A stretch of 64,000 bases of DNA, from positions 11,728 to 75,727 of the forward strand of contig JAQWDH010000004.1 in the NCBI GenBank assembly GCA_028705565.1. The letters run 5' to 3'. The translations under genes were made by a program, and so were the position numbers. This DNA comes from Patescibacteria group bacterium (GTDB lineage: Bacteria; Patescibacteriota; Patescibacteriia; Magasanikbacterales; GWA2-37-8). The notes below the pieces were generated by a model. It was given only the letters and a program-made list of their open reading frames with translations, did no database searches and was not told the DNA's origin. Shown one piece after another: positions 18,605 to 28,515 of this stretch. Each line of letters opens with the position of its first letter. The stretch's first letter is position 1.

Positions 18605-19717
18605 TCATTTTCTGCTCACGCTCAACACCATCCCTGCCGCCGCCATGGCTGTCATTAAAGCCGAACCGCCATGGCTCACAAAAGGCAACGGCACGCCGGT
18701 TAATGGCAAAAGACCGATAATTGAACCTATGTTTAAAAACGCCTGACCCGCGAACCAAACCGCTATGCCACCGACCAAAAGATATGAAAAATCATCCGGC
18801 GCTCTGCGCGCAAGTTTCATCGCGCGCGCGGAAATTAACAATATCAATAAAACAAAAAGTGAAGAAAAAACAAAACCGATTTCTTCCGCCACAACCGCAA
18901 AAATGGAATCCGCGTTTACTTCCGGCAAATACTGAAATTTTTGCCTTGATTTTCCCAAACCCAACCCCCACCAACCGCCCGAACCTACGGCTAAATACGC
19001 TTGCTTGATTTGATAACCGTACTTTTGCGGGTCAAGCTCCGGATTTAAAAAAGTTTCAATTCTCTGCTTTCCGCGCGTGGAAGAAAAAATCAAAGCCGAA
19101 AAAACCAAAACGCCTACGATTCCCAAAACCAAAAAACGCGACATTGAAATTTTTGACAAAAACAAAACGGAAAAAGCGATTATTGATAAAATAAAAAATG
19201 TCCCAATATCCGGCTGTAAGGCAACTAAAACCAAAATCGGAGCCATGATTGAAATTGGCGGCAAAAGTTCCGCATACCAACCAGACGTTGAGCCGTATTG
19301 GTTTTTATTTTTATTGGAAAGCACGCTCGCCAACGCGGCTATAAGCCCAAGCTTAGCCAATTCAGACGGCTGAAAACTACCATACTTTCCCAAATCCAAC
19401 CAGCTGCGCGAGCCATTCATCACCTTCCCGATTTCTGGAATAAAAACCAGAATCAACAAAACAAAGGAAAGTCCATAAATAATCCATCCGATTTTTTGCA
19501 TTTTTTCAGAACCAAGCCGGAAAAAAAACAATAACAACGCCAAGCCGGGAAAAAAACCGGAAATAATTTGTTTTTTCAAATAAAAAAGCGCGTCGCTGAA
19601 TTTTGTATATCCCAAAGGCGCGCTCGCAGACGCAAGCATCACCAACCCGACAGCTATCAAAATAAAAATATAAATTAAAAACCGACGGTCCGCTTTCCGT
19701 TTGGTTTCAGTTCGCAT
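18605..19717 (-). CDS. ftsW: SEDS peptidoglycan polymerase FtsW
   Basis: NGSRSWL, FQPSELAK, QPDIGT, GYQIKQ, GLGKSRQK..YLPE, TGVPLPFVSHGGS. Confidence 0.93.
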   Translation of the reverse strand: MRTETKRKADRRFLIYIFILIAVGLVMLASASAPLGYTKFSDALFYLKKQIISGFFPGLALLLFFFRLGSEKMQKIGWIIYGLSFVLLILVFIPEIGKVMNGSRSWLDLGKYGSFQPSELAKLGLIAALASVLSNKNKNQYGSTSGWYAELLPPISIMAPILVLVALQPDIGTFFILSIIAFSVLFLSKISMSRFLVLGIVGVLVFSALIFSSTRGKQRIETFLNPELDPQKYGYQIKQAYLAVGSGGWWGLGLGKSRQKFQYLPEVNADSIFAVVAEEIGFVFSSLFVLLILLISARAMKLARRAPDDFSYLLVGGIAVWFAGQAFLNIGSIIGLLPLTGVPLPFVSHGGSALMTAMAAAGMVLSVSRK

Positions 19718-19725
19718 ATTTTACA

Positions 19726-20079
19726 TTAAGCGTTAAGTCCGGCGATAAGAATTGAAAATGCTATTATTATCAACTGCGTCGCCAGAGCGAACAAATTCAA
19801 AATTCGCGCCAAAAATTTATCTGCTCTGTAAATCAAAAAAGAAAAACAAAAATTCACCGCTAAAATCAAAAGTCCGAAAAGAGGAGCGTAAAATATGTTC
19901 CACCAATCCCCCACCAAATCAACCCCGAAAATTATATTATAATGCAAAAAAACCTGCTCCGCGCCGGGTTTTATGTTAAAAAAAAGATACAACCAAATAA
20001 AAATTTGCGACAAAACAGACCCCGCGAACGGCGCCGCTATCCATAAATCGCGAAAATACAATTTTATCGGATAAAACAT
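19726..20079 (-). CDS. Hypothetical three-TM membrane protein
   Basis: 117 aa, LHYNIIFGVD..G motif, co-oriented with ftsW. Confidence 0.75.
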   Translation of the reverse strand: MFYPIKLYFRDLWIAAPFAGSVLSQIFIWLYLFFNIKPGAEQVFLHYNIIFGVDLVGDWWNIFYAPLFGLLILAVNFCFSFLIYRADKFLARILNLFALATQLIIIAFSILIAGLNA

Positions 20080-20162
20080 ACTGGAATAATTATAACATAA
20101 AAAAAAATCTTATTCAATTTGAATTGCCATTGATAAAAAATTCTGCTACAATATCCTTATCT

Positions 20163-20873
20163 ATGCGAAAAAGCGTTTTGGAAAAAATAGAAAGAGCGGA
20201 AATAGTTGAACCGCCTTTGGAAGAAATCACAAGGAATTATTCAAAGTATTCCGGATTCAAAAAGGGGTGCCTTACCGGCTGCGCGAGCGTCGTGATTTTT
20301 ATCATCGGCGTTTTTATTTTTTTACGCTGGGCCGCCGGACCTGGACCGCAGACACTCAAAAAAATCCCGCCGGAATTTCCGTCAAGCATTCCTGTTTACG
20401 ACCCGAATAACGTGGAGACCATCACTTTTATTTCCGGAAAATATAAAAATCGCGGCATAGAAATCGCCGCCTTCTTTCCAAAAATCATTCTTTCGCCTTT
20501 GTTTTTTAACATAGAAAAAGGAAATGAAACAGGTGAAGAAAAAAAAGATAAAAACGCCGTCGCGTCAATAAAAAACATCTGGAAAGTCATCACGACTCCG
20601 GTCGGCGACCATCGCGATACGATAAGAATAGAGTGGCGCGACCTTACCACTGAACGCAATTTTGTTATTTCTTATTACAGATACAAACTCCAGCAAGCCG
20701 GTTTTCAAATTGATGTGGAAAGCGAAAGCGACATAATGCAACAATTTTCTTTCAGCCGCGAAGACGGAATCACGGGTTCGTTTTTTGTGGAAAACGAAAA
20801 TAAAGAAAAAAAAGGAACCGACTACGCCGTTCTGACGGTGAATATCTCTACGCCAGCGGAAGAAAAGAAATAA
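20163..20873 (+). CDS. Hypothetical single-TM protein
   Basis: Long ORF; likely ATG at 20163; GCLTGC before the TM; abuts murJ. Confidence 0.75.
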   Translation: MRKSVLEKIERAEIVEPPLEEITRNYSKYSGFKKGCLTGCASVVIFIIGVFIFLRWAAGPGPQTLKKIPPEFPSSIPVYDPNNVETITFISGKYKNRGIEIAAFFPKIILSPLFFNIEKGNETGEEKKDKNAVASIKNIWKVITTPVGDHRDTIRIEWRDLTTERNFVISYYRYKLQQAGFQIDVESESDIMQQFSFSREDGITGSFFVENENKEKKGTDYAVLTVNISTPAEEKK

Positions 20874-20877
20874 TTTT

Positions 20878-22497
20878 ATGTTTTCTAAAATCATCAACGG
20901 GCAATCAAAAACAATCACCGGCGCCGCGATTATTATCGGCGGAGCGACTTTAATCAGCCGGCTGGTCGGACTCGCGCGCGACAGAATCTTCGCGCATTCT
21001 TTTGGCGCCGGCCAGATTATGGACGCTTATTACGCAGCTTTTAAAATTCCAGACCTTGTTTATAATTTGCTTATTTTGGGAGCGCTTACGGCCGGGTTTA
21101 TTCCTGTTTTCATAAAAATCTACGAAAAAGACGAAAACAAACAAGCGGCTTGGAAATTCGTAAATAACATCATCAACATCATCGGTGTCGCCATTATCGC
21201 GTTGTGCGGTCTTGGCATAATATTCGCTCCTCATCTTTCATCAATAATAGCCCCCGGTTTCGGAGAAGAAGCAAAAAATTTTACGGCTCAATTCACGCGT
21301 ATAATGTTTTTATCGCCGATACTGCTCGGATTTTCAATGACTTTTGGAGGTGTTTTGCAATCTCTCCGCCGTTTCGCGGCTTATTCTCTCGCGCCGATTT
21401 TTTACAATTTGGGCATTATCGCCGGCACTGTGATTTTATTTCCGATTATCGGAGCAACCGGACTTGCTTGGGGAGTGGTCTTGGGAGCATTGCTTCATTT
21501 TATTCTGCAAGCATACGCCGCGCGCAAAGCCGGATTTCGCTGGCGCTGGGGATTTAATTTAAAAGACAAAGAAACATGGCTGGTAGGAAAATTAATGATA
21601 CCGCGCGCGTTAGGATTGGCGTTGAATCAGGTAAGCATTTTTGTTGTGACGATTTTAGCGTCGCTTCTTCCTTCCGGAAGCGTATCGGTTTATAATTTTG
21701 CGAGTAACCTGCAAGCAGCGCCAATCGGCATAATCGGAATTCCATTCGCGTTGGCGGTTTTTCCCGCGCTTTCCTCGGCGGCGGCTGAAAACAATAAAGA
21801 AAAATTTATTCAAAACCTTTCGTCCACAACACGACAGATACTTTTTTTGGTCATACCGTGTTCAATTTTGATTTTGCTTTTACGCGCGCAAATCGTGCGC
21901 GTTGTTTTGGGAAGCGGAGCTTTTGATTGGAACGCGACAATTGCCACAGCAGACGCTTTGGCCTTATTCTCTTTGAGCTTGTTTTCGCAATCGCTGATTC
22001 CGCTTTTCGCGCGCGCTTTTTATTCACTTTCCAACACAAAAACGCCTTTTATTATCGGTGTGATAGCGGAACTTATCGGCATCATCGCCGCGTTGATTTT
22101 AATGAAACCGCTGGGTGTGGCTGGTTTGGCTTTAGCTTTTTCTTGCGCTTCAATCATAAATTTTTCCATTTTGACAATAGCTTTGCGACAGACGCTGAAA
22201 GGCATGGATGAAGAAAATTTATTGAATTTTATTTTTAGAGTGATAATAGCCGGAATTGTTATGGCAATCATTGTGCAAATTTTAAAATATCCTTTGGCCG
22301 CGATTTTCAATCAGCAATATCTTTGGGGAATTTTGGGGCAAGGTTTTATCGCCGGTTCGGCAGGGCTGGTTATTTACGGATTTTTATGTTATATCTTAAA
22401 GGTGCCGGAATTTATGCAGTTCAAAGATAGCTTTAAGAAAAAATGGCTCAGATTGAAAAATGTCCAACCGGCGGAAATTATGGAGGGAAAAGAATGA
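20878..22497 (+). CDS. murJ: Lipid II flippase MurJ
   Basis: SRLVGLARD, DAYYAAFKIPD, GALTAGFIPVF, RAFYSLSNTKTP; many TM segments. Confidence 0.95.
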   Translation: MFSKIINGQSKTITGAAIIIGGATLISRLVGLARDRIFAHSFGAGQIMDAYYAAFKIPDLVYNLLILGALTAGFIPVFIKIYEKDENKQAAWKFVNNIINIIGVAIIALCGLGIIFAPHLSSIIAPGFGEEAKNFTAQFTRIMFLSPILLGFSMTFGGVLQSLRRFAAYSLAPIFYNLGIIAGTVILFPIIGATGLAWGVVLGALLHFILQAYAARKAGFRWRWGFNLKDKETWLVGKLMIPRALGLALNQVSIFVVTILASLLPSGSVSVYNFASNLQAAPIGIIGIPFALAVFPALSSAAAENNKEKFIQNLSSTTRQILFLVIPCSILILLLRAQIVRVVLGSGAFDWNATIATADALALFSLSLFSQSLIPLFARAFYSLSNTKTPFIIGVIAELIGIIAALILMKPLGVAGLALAFSCASIINFSILTIALRQTLKGMDEENLLNFIFRVIIAGIVMAIIVQILKYPLAAIFNQQYLWGILGQGFIAGSAGLVIYGFLCYILKVPEFMQFKDSFKKKWLRLKNVQPAEIMEGKE

Positions 22498-24347
22498 TTA
22501 TGAATTCAAATGTTCGCAATTTTTGCATTATAGCTCACATAGACCACGGAAAGTCCACTTTGGCGGACCGTTTTTTGGAATTGACAGGAACCGTTTCCAA
22601 ACGGGACATGAAAAATCAAATTTTGGATTCAATGGATTTGGAAAGGGAAAGAGGAATTACAATTAAACTCACGCCGGTGAGGATGAAATATGAACTTAAA
22701 AATCCAAATTATAAATTCCAAGCTCCAAACAACCACCAAGTGGGCGCGCAAAATTCTGAATTCATTTTAAATTTAATAGACACCCCCGGTCATGTTGATT
22801 TTAATTATGAAGTTTCCCGTTCTCTGGCTGCCGTGGAAGGAGCCGTGCTTTTGGTTGACGCGACGCAAGGCGTGCAAGCGCAGACAATCGCGAATCTTTA
22901 TTTAGCTTTGGAGCAAAACCTTGTAATTATTCCGGTTATAAATAAAATAGACATGCCGATAGCGGATGTGAAAAAAACAAAAGCGGAAATTATTCATCTT
23001 TTGGGATGCGAGGAGGATGAAATTCTCCTGACTTCCGCCAAAACAGGAGAGGGTGTGGATGAAATTCTACAAGCTGTGATTAAACTCGTTCCTCCACCGA
23101 CTGACAATTCGTCCGCGCCGCCGAGAGCTTTAATTTTTGATTCAGAATATAATGATTATAAAGGCGTTGTCGCGTCTGTCAGAATCGTTGATGGGGAATT
23201 AAAAAAGGGAGATAAAATTTATTTAATGACGACAAAAACGCCGGCTGAAATTTTGGAAATCGGATATTACACTCCCAAATTCACGCCGTCAGAAAAATTA
23301 GCTAACGGAGAGATAGGGTATGTCGTCACAGGACTTAAAGAAGTGCGTGATTGCCGTGTCGGCGATACGATTACTTCGGCCGTAAAAAACGCCGAATCCC
23401 CCCTCCCCGGCTATAAAGAAACCAAGCCGATGGTTTTTGCCGGCATTTTTCCGAAAGAAGGAGACGCTTATCAAGAATTGCGCGAAGCGATTGAAAAACT
23501 CAAATTAAATGATGCTTCTCTGTCTTACGAACCGGAAAAATCGCAGGCGCTCGGTTTCGGTTTCAGATGCGGATTCTTGGGTATGCTTCATCTTGATATT
23601 TTTCAAGAACGGCTCCGCCGCGAACACAATTTGGAAATTGTAATTACAACGCCGAGCGTTGCTTATAAATTGTTAAAAACAGGCGGAGAAGAAATAACAA
23701 TACGCGGACCGCAAGAAATGCCGGACGCGTCGCGTATACAAAAAGCATACGAACCAATTATGTTTTTGGATATCATCACTCCGGCGGATTTTGTCGGCAA
23801 TGTGATGGGATTGATTTCCGAACGCCGAGGAAGATATTTAAACACGGAATATCTTAGCGCCGGTTCAGGACAACGCGCGCTTTTGCATTATGAAATTCCT
23901 CTGGCATCTCTTATCACGGATTTTTATGATAAACTTAAAACCGTGACTTCAGGATACGCTTCCATGAATTATGAATTCAAAGAATACACTGAAACTGATA
24001 TTGTAAAATTGGATATTTTCGTAGCCGATGAACCAGTGGAAGCTCTTTCAACTTTGGTGTGGAGGGAAGAATCATACAAAACAGGCAAAAAAATCGTTGA
24101 ATCGCTAAAAGAAACTTTGCCGCGCCAGCAATTCGCGCTTAAAATTCAAGCGGCAATCGGGGGTAAAATAATCGCCGCCGAACGGCTTTCCGCTTTGCGA
24201 AAAGATGTGCTGGCGAAAATGAGCGGAGGAGATTACACGCGTAAATTGAAACTTCTGCAAAAACAGAAAAAAGGCAAAAAAAAGTTGATCGCAAGCGGCA
24301 AAGTTGACATCCCGACAGAATCATATCTCGCGGTTCTCAAACGATAA
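22494..24347 (+). CDS. lepA: Elongation factor 4
   Basis: RNFCIIAHIDHGKSTLADR, ERGITIK, IDTPGHVDF, GFRCGFLGMLH; ATGA overlap with the murJ stop. Confidence 0.97.
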   Translation: MIMNSNVRNFCIIAHIDHGKSTLADRFLELTGTVSKRDMKNQILDSMDLERERGITIKLTPVRMKYELKNPNYKFQAPNNHQVGAQNSEFILNLIDTPGHVDFNYEVSRSLAAVEGAVLLVDATQGVQAQTIANLYLALEQNLVIIPVINKIDMPIADVKKTKAEIIHLLGCEEDEILLTSAKTGEGVDEILQAVIKLVPPPTDNSSAPPRALIFDSEYNDYKGVVASVRIVDGELKKGDKIYLMTTKTPAEILEIGYYTPKFTPSEKLANGEIGYVVTGLKEVRDCRVGDTITSAVKNAESPLPGYKETKPMVFAGIFPKEGDAYQELREAIEKLKLNDASLSYEPEKSQALGFGFRCGFLGMLHLDIFQERLRREHNLEIVITTPSVAYKLLKTGGEEITIRGPQEMPDASRIQKAYEPIMFLDIITPADFVGNVMGLISERRGRYLNTEYLSAGSGQRALLHYEIPLASLITDFYDKLKTVTSGYASMNYEFKEYTETDIVKLDIFVADEPVEALSTLVWREESYKTGKKIVESLKETLPRQQFALKIQAAIGGKIIAAERLSALRKDVLAKMSGGDYTRKLKLLQKQKKGKKKLIASGKVDIPTESYLAVLKR

Positions 24348-24388
24348 ACAACAATGAGTTGATTTATTTTACTCATCACTTCAAAAAT

Positions 24389-24484
24389 ATGAAACCGAAA
24401 ACAGCTAAACGAATCTGGACGGTGATATCCGTTCTCGGCATCGTCGCGATGCTATTTTTTACAATCATGCCAATTTTTCAATAA
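24389..24484 (+). CDS. Small single-TM protein (31 aa)
   Basis: MKPKTAKRIWTVISVLGIVAMLFFTIMPIFQ*; fills the lepA-24496 gap and is below the ORF-track cutoff. Confidence 0.6.
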   Translation: MKPKTAKRIWTVISVLGIVAMLFFTIMPIFQ

Positions 24485-24495
24485 TTTTATTTTTT

Positions 24496-24900
24496 ATGAA
24501 AATTCTGCGCCAATACCAACTTGACATCGTTTTTCTTTTTTTCGCGACAATGGTTATCTTGGGAGTTTTTTTCTTTATGCTGGAATATTTCGGAGCTAAC
24601 CCGCAAGATTATGAATGGATTATCGGCGCGCCACTCATCACTTTTTATTGCGTTAACCTTTGGAACGTAAGACAAAAAATAAACATCTCGGACAGAAGAA
24701 AAATGACTACAAAAAGTTTGGTTTATTGGATAACTTTCGGAATTATTCTTTTTGAAACGTATTCAAATCCGCTTTCAGTTAGAGAATACTTGTCTCTTAA
24801 TTTATTATTTGTCGCTTTTACCGTTTTTCTGGCCGACTCTTATTGGGATTTCAAAAAAATAACTTTTAAGGACATTTTTTGTAAAAAAAATTATGAGTAA
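24496..24900 (+). CDS. Hypothetical four-TM membrane protein
   Basis: 134 aa, hydrophobic; overlaps the recJ start. Confidence 0.75.
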   Translation: MKILRQYQLDIVFLFFATMVILGVFFFMLEYFGANPQDYEWIIGAPLITFYCVNLWNVRQKINISDRRKMTTKSLVYWITFGIILFETYSNPLSVREYLSLNLLFVAFTVFLADSYWDFKKITFKDIFCKKNYE

Positions 24901-26674
24901 AACGTGGCAAATATCGCCTGAACCGCCAATTGATTTTTTAAGTTCCCATCCCGAGCTTCCTCCTATTGTGGCGCGTCTGCTTTGGAATAGAAATTTCAAG
25001 ACGCAGGAGGAAATAGACGAATTCTTAAACCCTGATTATTCCGTAGACATCCACGACCCTTATCTTTTCAAAAACATGACGAAAGCCGTGAATATTATTT
25101 TTCAAGCGATTGAAAAAAAACAAAAAATCACGGTTCACGGCGACTATGACGCTGACGGAGTTTGCGCGGCTGTTATTTTAGTCAGCTGTTTAAAAAAAAT
25201 CGGAGCAGAAAATGTCAATGTTTTTCTTCCGCATCGTGAAATAGACGGTTATGGATTAAACGCCAATACTGTTGAATTTTTAAAAAAAGAAGGAACCGAA
25301 TTGATTATCACTTGCGATTGCGGAATCAGCAACGCCGATGAAGTCGCCATTGCCAAAAAATCAGGAATGAAGGTTATTATTACCGACCACCACACGGTTC
25401 CTTCCATAATTCCGGAAGCGGACGCGATTATCCATCCGAAATTGCCGGACGAAAAATATCCTGACAAGGGTCTGGCGGGAGGTGGCGTGGCTTTCAAACT
25501 TGCGCAAGGAATTTTAAAAAAACACAAAGAAAAAAACGATAAATTGACGGATGGACAAAACCATGAAAGTTTTGAAAAATGGTCGCTTGATTTGGTGGCG
25601 ATTTCAACCGTCGGAGATATGGTGCCGTTGCGCGGAGAATCCCGCACGCTTACCCGCTACGGACTTACGGTTCTCAATAAAACAAAAAATTTAGGCTTGC
25701 AAAAATTACTTGCCACGTCAGGTTTGGCGGATGAAAACAATCGGCCAAAACGCGGCGCGTATGATTCTTTCACCATCGGATTTCAAATCGCCCCGCGATT
25801 AAACGCGGCAGGAAGAATGGACCACGCTAATTCGGCTTACGCTTTGTTGTCCGCGGAAAAAATCGCCGACGCGGAAAAATTGGCAATGCAACTCAATCAA
25901 AATAACAGCGAACGCCAACAGCTTACGGAACTGATTGTAAATCAAGCGAAAAAACAAATAGAAAAAACCGGACAAAAAGACAATCCGGCGCTTTTCGCGT
26001 TTGAAGAAAATTGGCCCGCCGGAGTTATCGGCCTCGTGGCAGGTAAAATCAAAGACGAATACTACAAACCGTCCATTATTATGACTTTAAATGATGGTGA
26101 AATCGTCGGCTCCGGACGAAGCATTTATGAATTCAGTCTTATCGCGGCTTTGCAAAGCATGCCGGAATATTTTGAAAAATTCGGAGGACATCCGCAGGCG
26201 TGCGGTTTTACTTTAAAAAAAGACAAGCTGGAAGAATTCAAGCAGGCGTTGATAAAAAAAGCGACTGAAGAAACGACCGGATTAAAACTGGAACCGAAAT
26301 TAACCGTGGACGCGCTGATAAATTTGGAGGATGTTGATTGGAAACTTTACGATTTACTGCAAAAATTTGAACCTTTCGGACAAACAAACGAAGAACCGAC
26401 TTACGCCGCCAAGGGCTTAACGGTTGTAAACATAAATCCGATGGGACAAGACGGAAAACATCTGCGAATAATGGTAAAACACAATTCCAATGTGGTTAAA
26501 AAATTTATAGGGTTCTGGCTTGGAGACGCTGTAAAACATCCTGATAATTGGAAAGGGATATTAAAGCCGGGCGACAAAATTGACTTGGCATTTTCAATCG
26601 GGGTCAACGAATGGAACGGTAACAGAGAATTGGAAATGAAAATTAAAGACATAAAAAAATCCGTCCCGGCTTAA
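24893..26674 (+). CDS. recJ: ssDNA exonuclease RecJ
   Basis: GDYDADG, DCGI, TDHH, APRLNAAGR, GSGRS, GGHPQACG, EPFG. Confidence 0.96.
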   Translation: MSKTWQISPEPPIDFLSSHPELPPIVARLLWNRNFKTQEEIDEFLNPDYSVDIHDPYLFKNMTKAVNIIFQAIEKKQKITVHGDYDADGVCAAVILVSCLKKIGAENVNVFLPHREIDGYGLNANTVEFLKKEGTELIITCDCGISNADEVAIAKKSGMKVIITDHHTVPSIIPEADAIIHPKLPDEKYPDKGLAGGGVAFKLAQGILKKHKEKNDKLTDGQNHESFEKWSLDLVAISTVGDMVPLRGESRTLTRYGLTVLNKTKNLGLQKLLATSGLADENNRPKRGAYDSFTIGFQIAPRLNAAGRMDHANSAYALLSAEKIADAEKLAMQLNQNNSERQQLTELIVNQAKKQIEKTGQKDNPALFAFEENWPAGVIGLVAGKIKDEYYKPSIIMTLNDGEIVGSGRSIYEFSLIAALQSMPEYFEKFGGHPQACGFTLKKDKLEEFKQALIKKATEETTGLKLEPKLTVDALINLEDVDWKLYDLLQKFEPFGQTNEEPTYAAKGLTVVNINPMGQDGKHLRIMVKHNSNVVKKFIGFWLGDAVKHPDNWKGILKPGDKIDLAFSIGVNEWNGNRELEMKIKDIKKSVPA

Positions 26675-26690
26675 CCGAGGCGGATTTTTT
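26653..26690. terminator. Bidirectional terminator
   Basis: AAAAAATCCGTC...GGCGGATTTTTT between convergent genes. Confidence 0.7.
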
Positions 26691-26705
26691 AATATTGCGC
26701 ATTAA

Positions 26706-27239
26706 TTAAATTCCTTGTGTTTTTTGTTGACGAGATCTTTGTATCAACTCATCGCGTAATTGTTCCGCCGCTTCTTTTGACAACCCCGGCAACCTTCCTT
26801 CGGCCCCTGTTCCGCCCGTTGCTCCGTATTTACCAATAACAGCGCTAAATCCAGCTGTCTGAATTTGTAAATCCGACAAACCAAAAATACGCGCGACTAA
26901 CCCGCGGTAAATATCCACATTCTGAATGCGTTCATACGGAATAGTGATATATTTTTTATAAATTACGCCTGATTCTTTTTTAAAACCTATATCATTCAAC
27001 TCGTAAAGATAGAAACGATATTCAAGACGCGCCCAAATATACTGAAAAACGAGCAACACCGGTATTATTAACCAAAATAAATTTAACCAGTTCAAATTTA
27101 ACTCAATTGCCTGTATATCTCTGCTTCTTTCAATCTGAATTGAAACAATAAAAGCGCATATGAATACAACCAAAAAAAGATTGCTAAGCGCATAACGAAC
27201 AAATAAATACCAAACCCATTTTTGATCTAATTGCTTCAT
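26706..27239 (-). CDS. Membrane protein with bacterial PH (bPH_2) domain
   Basis: Two TMs, then GVIYKKYITIPYERIQNVDIYRG..RIFGL..IQTAG. Confidence 0.85.
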   Translation of the reverse strand: MKQLDQKWVWYLFVRYALSNLFLVVFICAFIVSIQIERSRDIQAIELNLNWLNLFWLIIPVLLVFQYIWARLEYRFYLYELNDIGFKKESGVIYKKYITIPYERIQNVDIYRGLVARIFGLSDLQIQTAGFSAVIGKYGATGGTGAEGRLPGLSKEAAEQLRDELIQRSRQQKTQGI

Positions 27240-27241
27240 AA

Positions 27242-27553
27242 TTATCCTCTTATCTCTTTTTCTAAATCATTCCATTTTTTCTTCAAATCTCGTATCAAAA
27301 TATCTTTTAATTCAACCGCCAATTCTTTTTTCGCCGCGTATTCCGCGACAGCTCGTTCAACAAGCGCTTCATACATTTCTTTGGTCGGCCCTTCAAGCTG
27401 TTTAATACTTTCTTTCAATTCATTGTAAAGCGGATTAAAATGCTCTGCCAATTTCGCGCGCATTTCTTTTCCTTTCGGCGTGGCGTTAAGCCACATTAAA
27501 ATGGCTCCCAATACCCCGCCGAAGAAAAGACCTCTCTTAAATGCTTTGCACAT
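27242..27553 (-). CDS. YtxH-like protein
   Basis: FKRGLFFGGVLGA....TPKGKEMR pattern. Confidence 0.7.
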   Translation of the reverse strand: MCKAFKRGLFFGGVLGAILMWLNATPKGKEMRAKLAEHFNPLYNELKESIKQLEGPTKEMYEALVERAVAEYAAKKELAVELKDILIRDLKKKWNDLEKEIRG

Positions 27554-27642
27554 ATCATTATATTTTAATTTATAAAAAATGTAAATTAACTTTTATATAC
27601 GGAGCCAAATTATCGCTTTTTTATTTTTTAATTACCAAATTT

Positions 27643-28473
27643 TTAACTTTCACATTCAACTCCGGTTGTATCAGATCCTGCGCCAAGTCCGAATCCGGCG
27701 GAAGACGACTGTTCGCTTAATTTTTGTTGGCATTCAGACGGAGGATTGTCAAAAGCCGCGCACACCGCCTGCTTTACGGCTTCTGGAGAACGGTTTGCTT
27801 CCACCTGCGCTCCGTTGATAACCAATGTTGGCGAGCCTTGTACGCCATAAGCATTGTTTTCTTCTTCGTGAACCGGATAAATAGGATAATTACCGCTCAA
27901 CCATGTGCTTTTATCATTATATTTTTCCAAAATGCCAAATTTTTTATTAGTTTGGTTTACGCAAGAATTTAATTTTCCCGTGTCAACTCCGGCTTCGCTT
28001 AAACATATTTTATAATCCCCTTTTCCGACAAAACAATTCATATACGAAATAAACTTGCCGTTTTGTTCAGTTTCAACGCAATATTGCCGCGTATTTTCTT
28101 CAATTTCTTTCATATCGTGCATCGCGTAAGAAACGAATTTTATTTCCATATCCGCTTTGCCTTTTAAAAGTTCCATCACAGGTAAAAACGCTTTTTCCAT
28201 CTGCAATCCGTAAGGACAATAAGACATTATAAATAATTCCGCTTTTGGACGCGCTGATTTGACCGCTTCGGCGGCTAACGCGTTTTGCGTGTTTTTAGAA
28301 TTCAAAACCGCGTTTGCTTTAGCTTTGGCCTGAAAAGACATATTACCGCTCAAAGCCAAAGACCCGAGCACCACAAATCCTATGGTGCAAAGTGTCATAA
28401 CGCCGGCCAAAACGCCTATAACCATAGCGCTTTTCGGCTCCAAAAGGGCAAAAAAATTCTTTTTGTCGTCCAT
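27643..28473 (-). CDS. Membrane-anchored thioredoxin-fold (DsbA-like) protein
   Basis: FIMSYCPYG, YGVQGSPTLVING; several additional Cys. Confidence 0.75.
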   Translation of the reverse strand: MDDKKNFFALLEPKSAMVIGVLAGVMTLCTIGFVVLGSLALSGNMSFQAKAKANAVLNSKNTQNALAAEAVKSARPKAELFIMSYCPYGLQMEKAFLPVMELLKGKADMEIKFVSYAMHDMKEIEENTRQYCVETEQNGKFISYMNCFVGKGDYKICLSEAGVDTGKLNSCVNQTNKKFGILEKYNDKSTWLSGNYPIYPVHEEENNAYGVQGSPTLVINGAQVEANRSPEAVKQAVCAAFDNPPSECQQKLSEQSSSAGFGLGAGSDTTGVECES

Positions 28474-28515
28474 ATGATTAAATTATTTTATATTTATCTT
28501 AATTGTATATCAATT

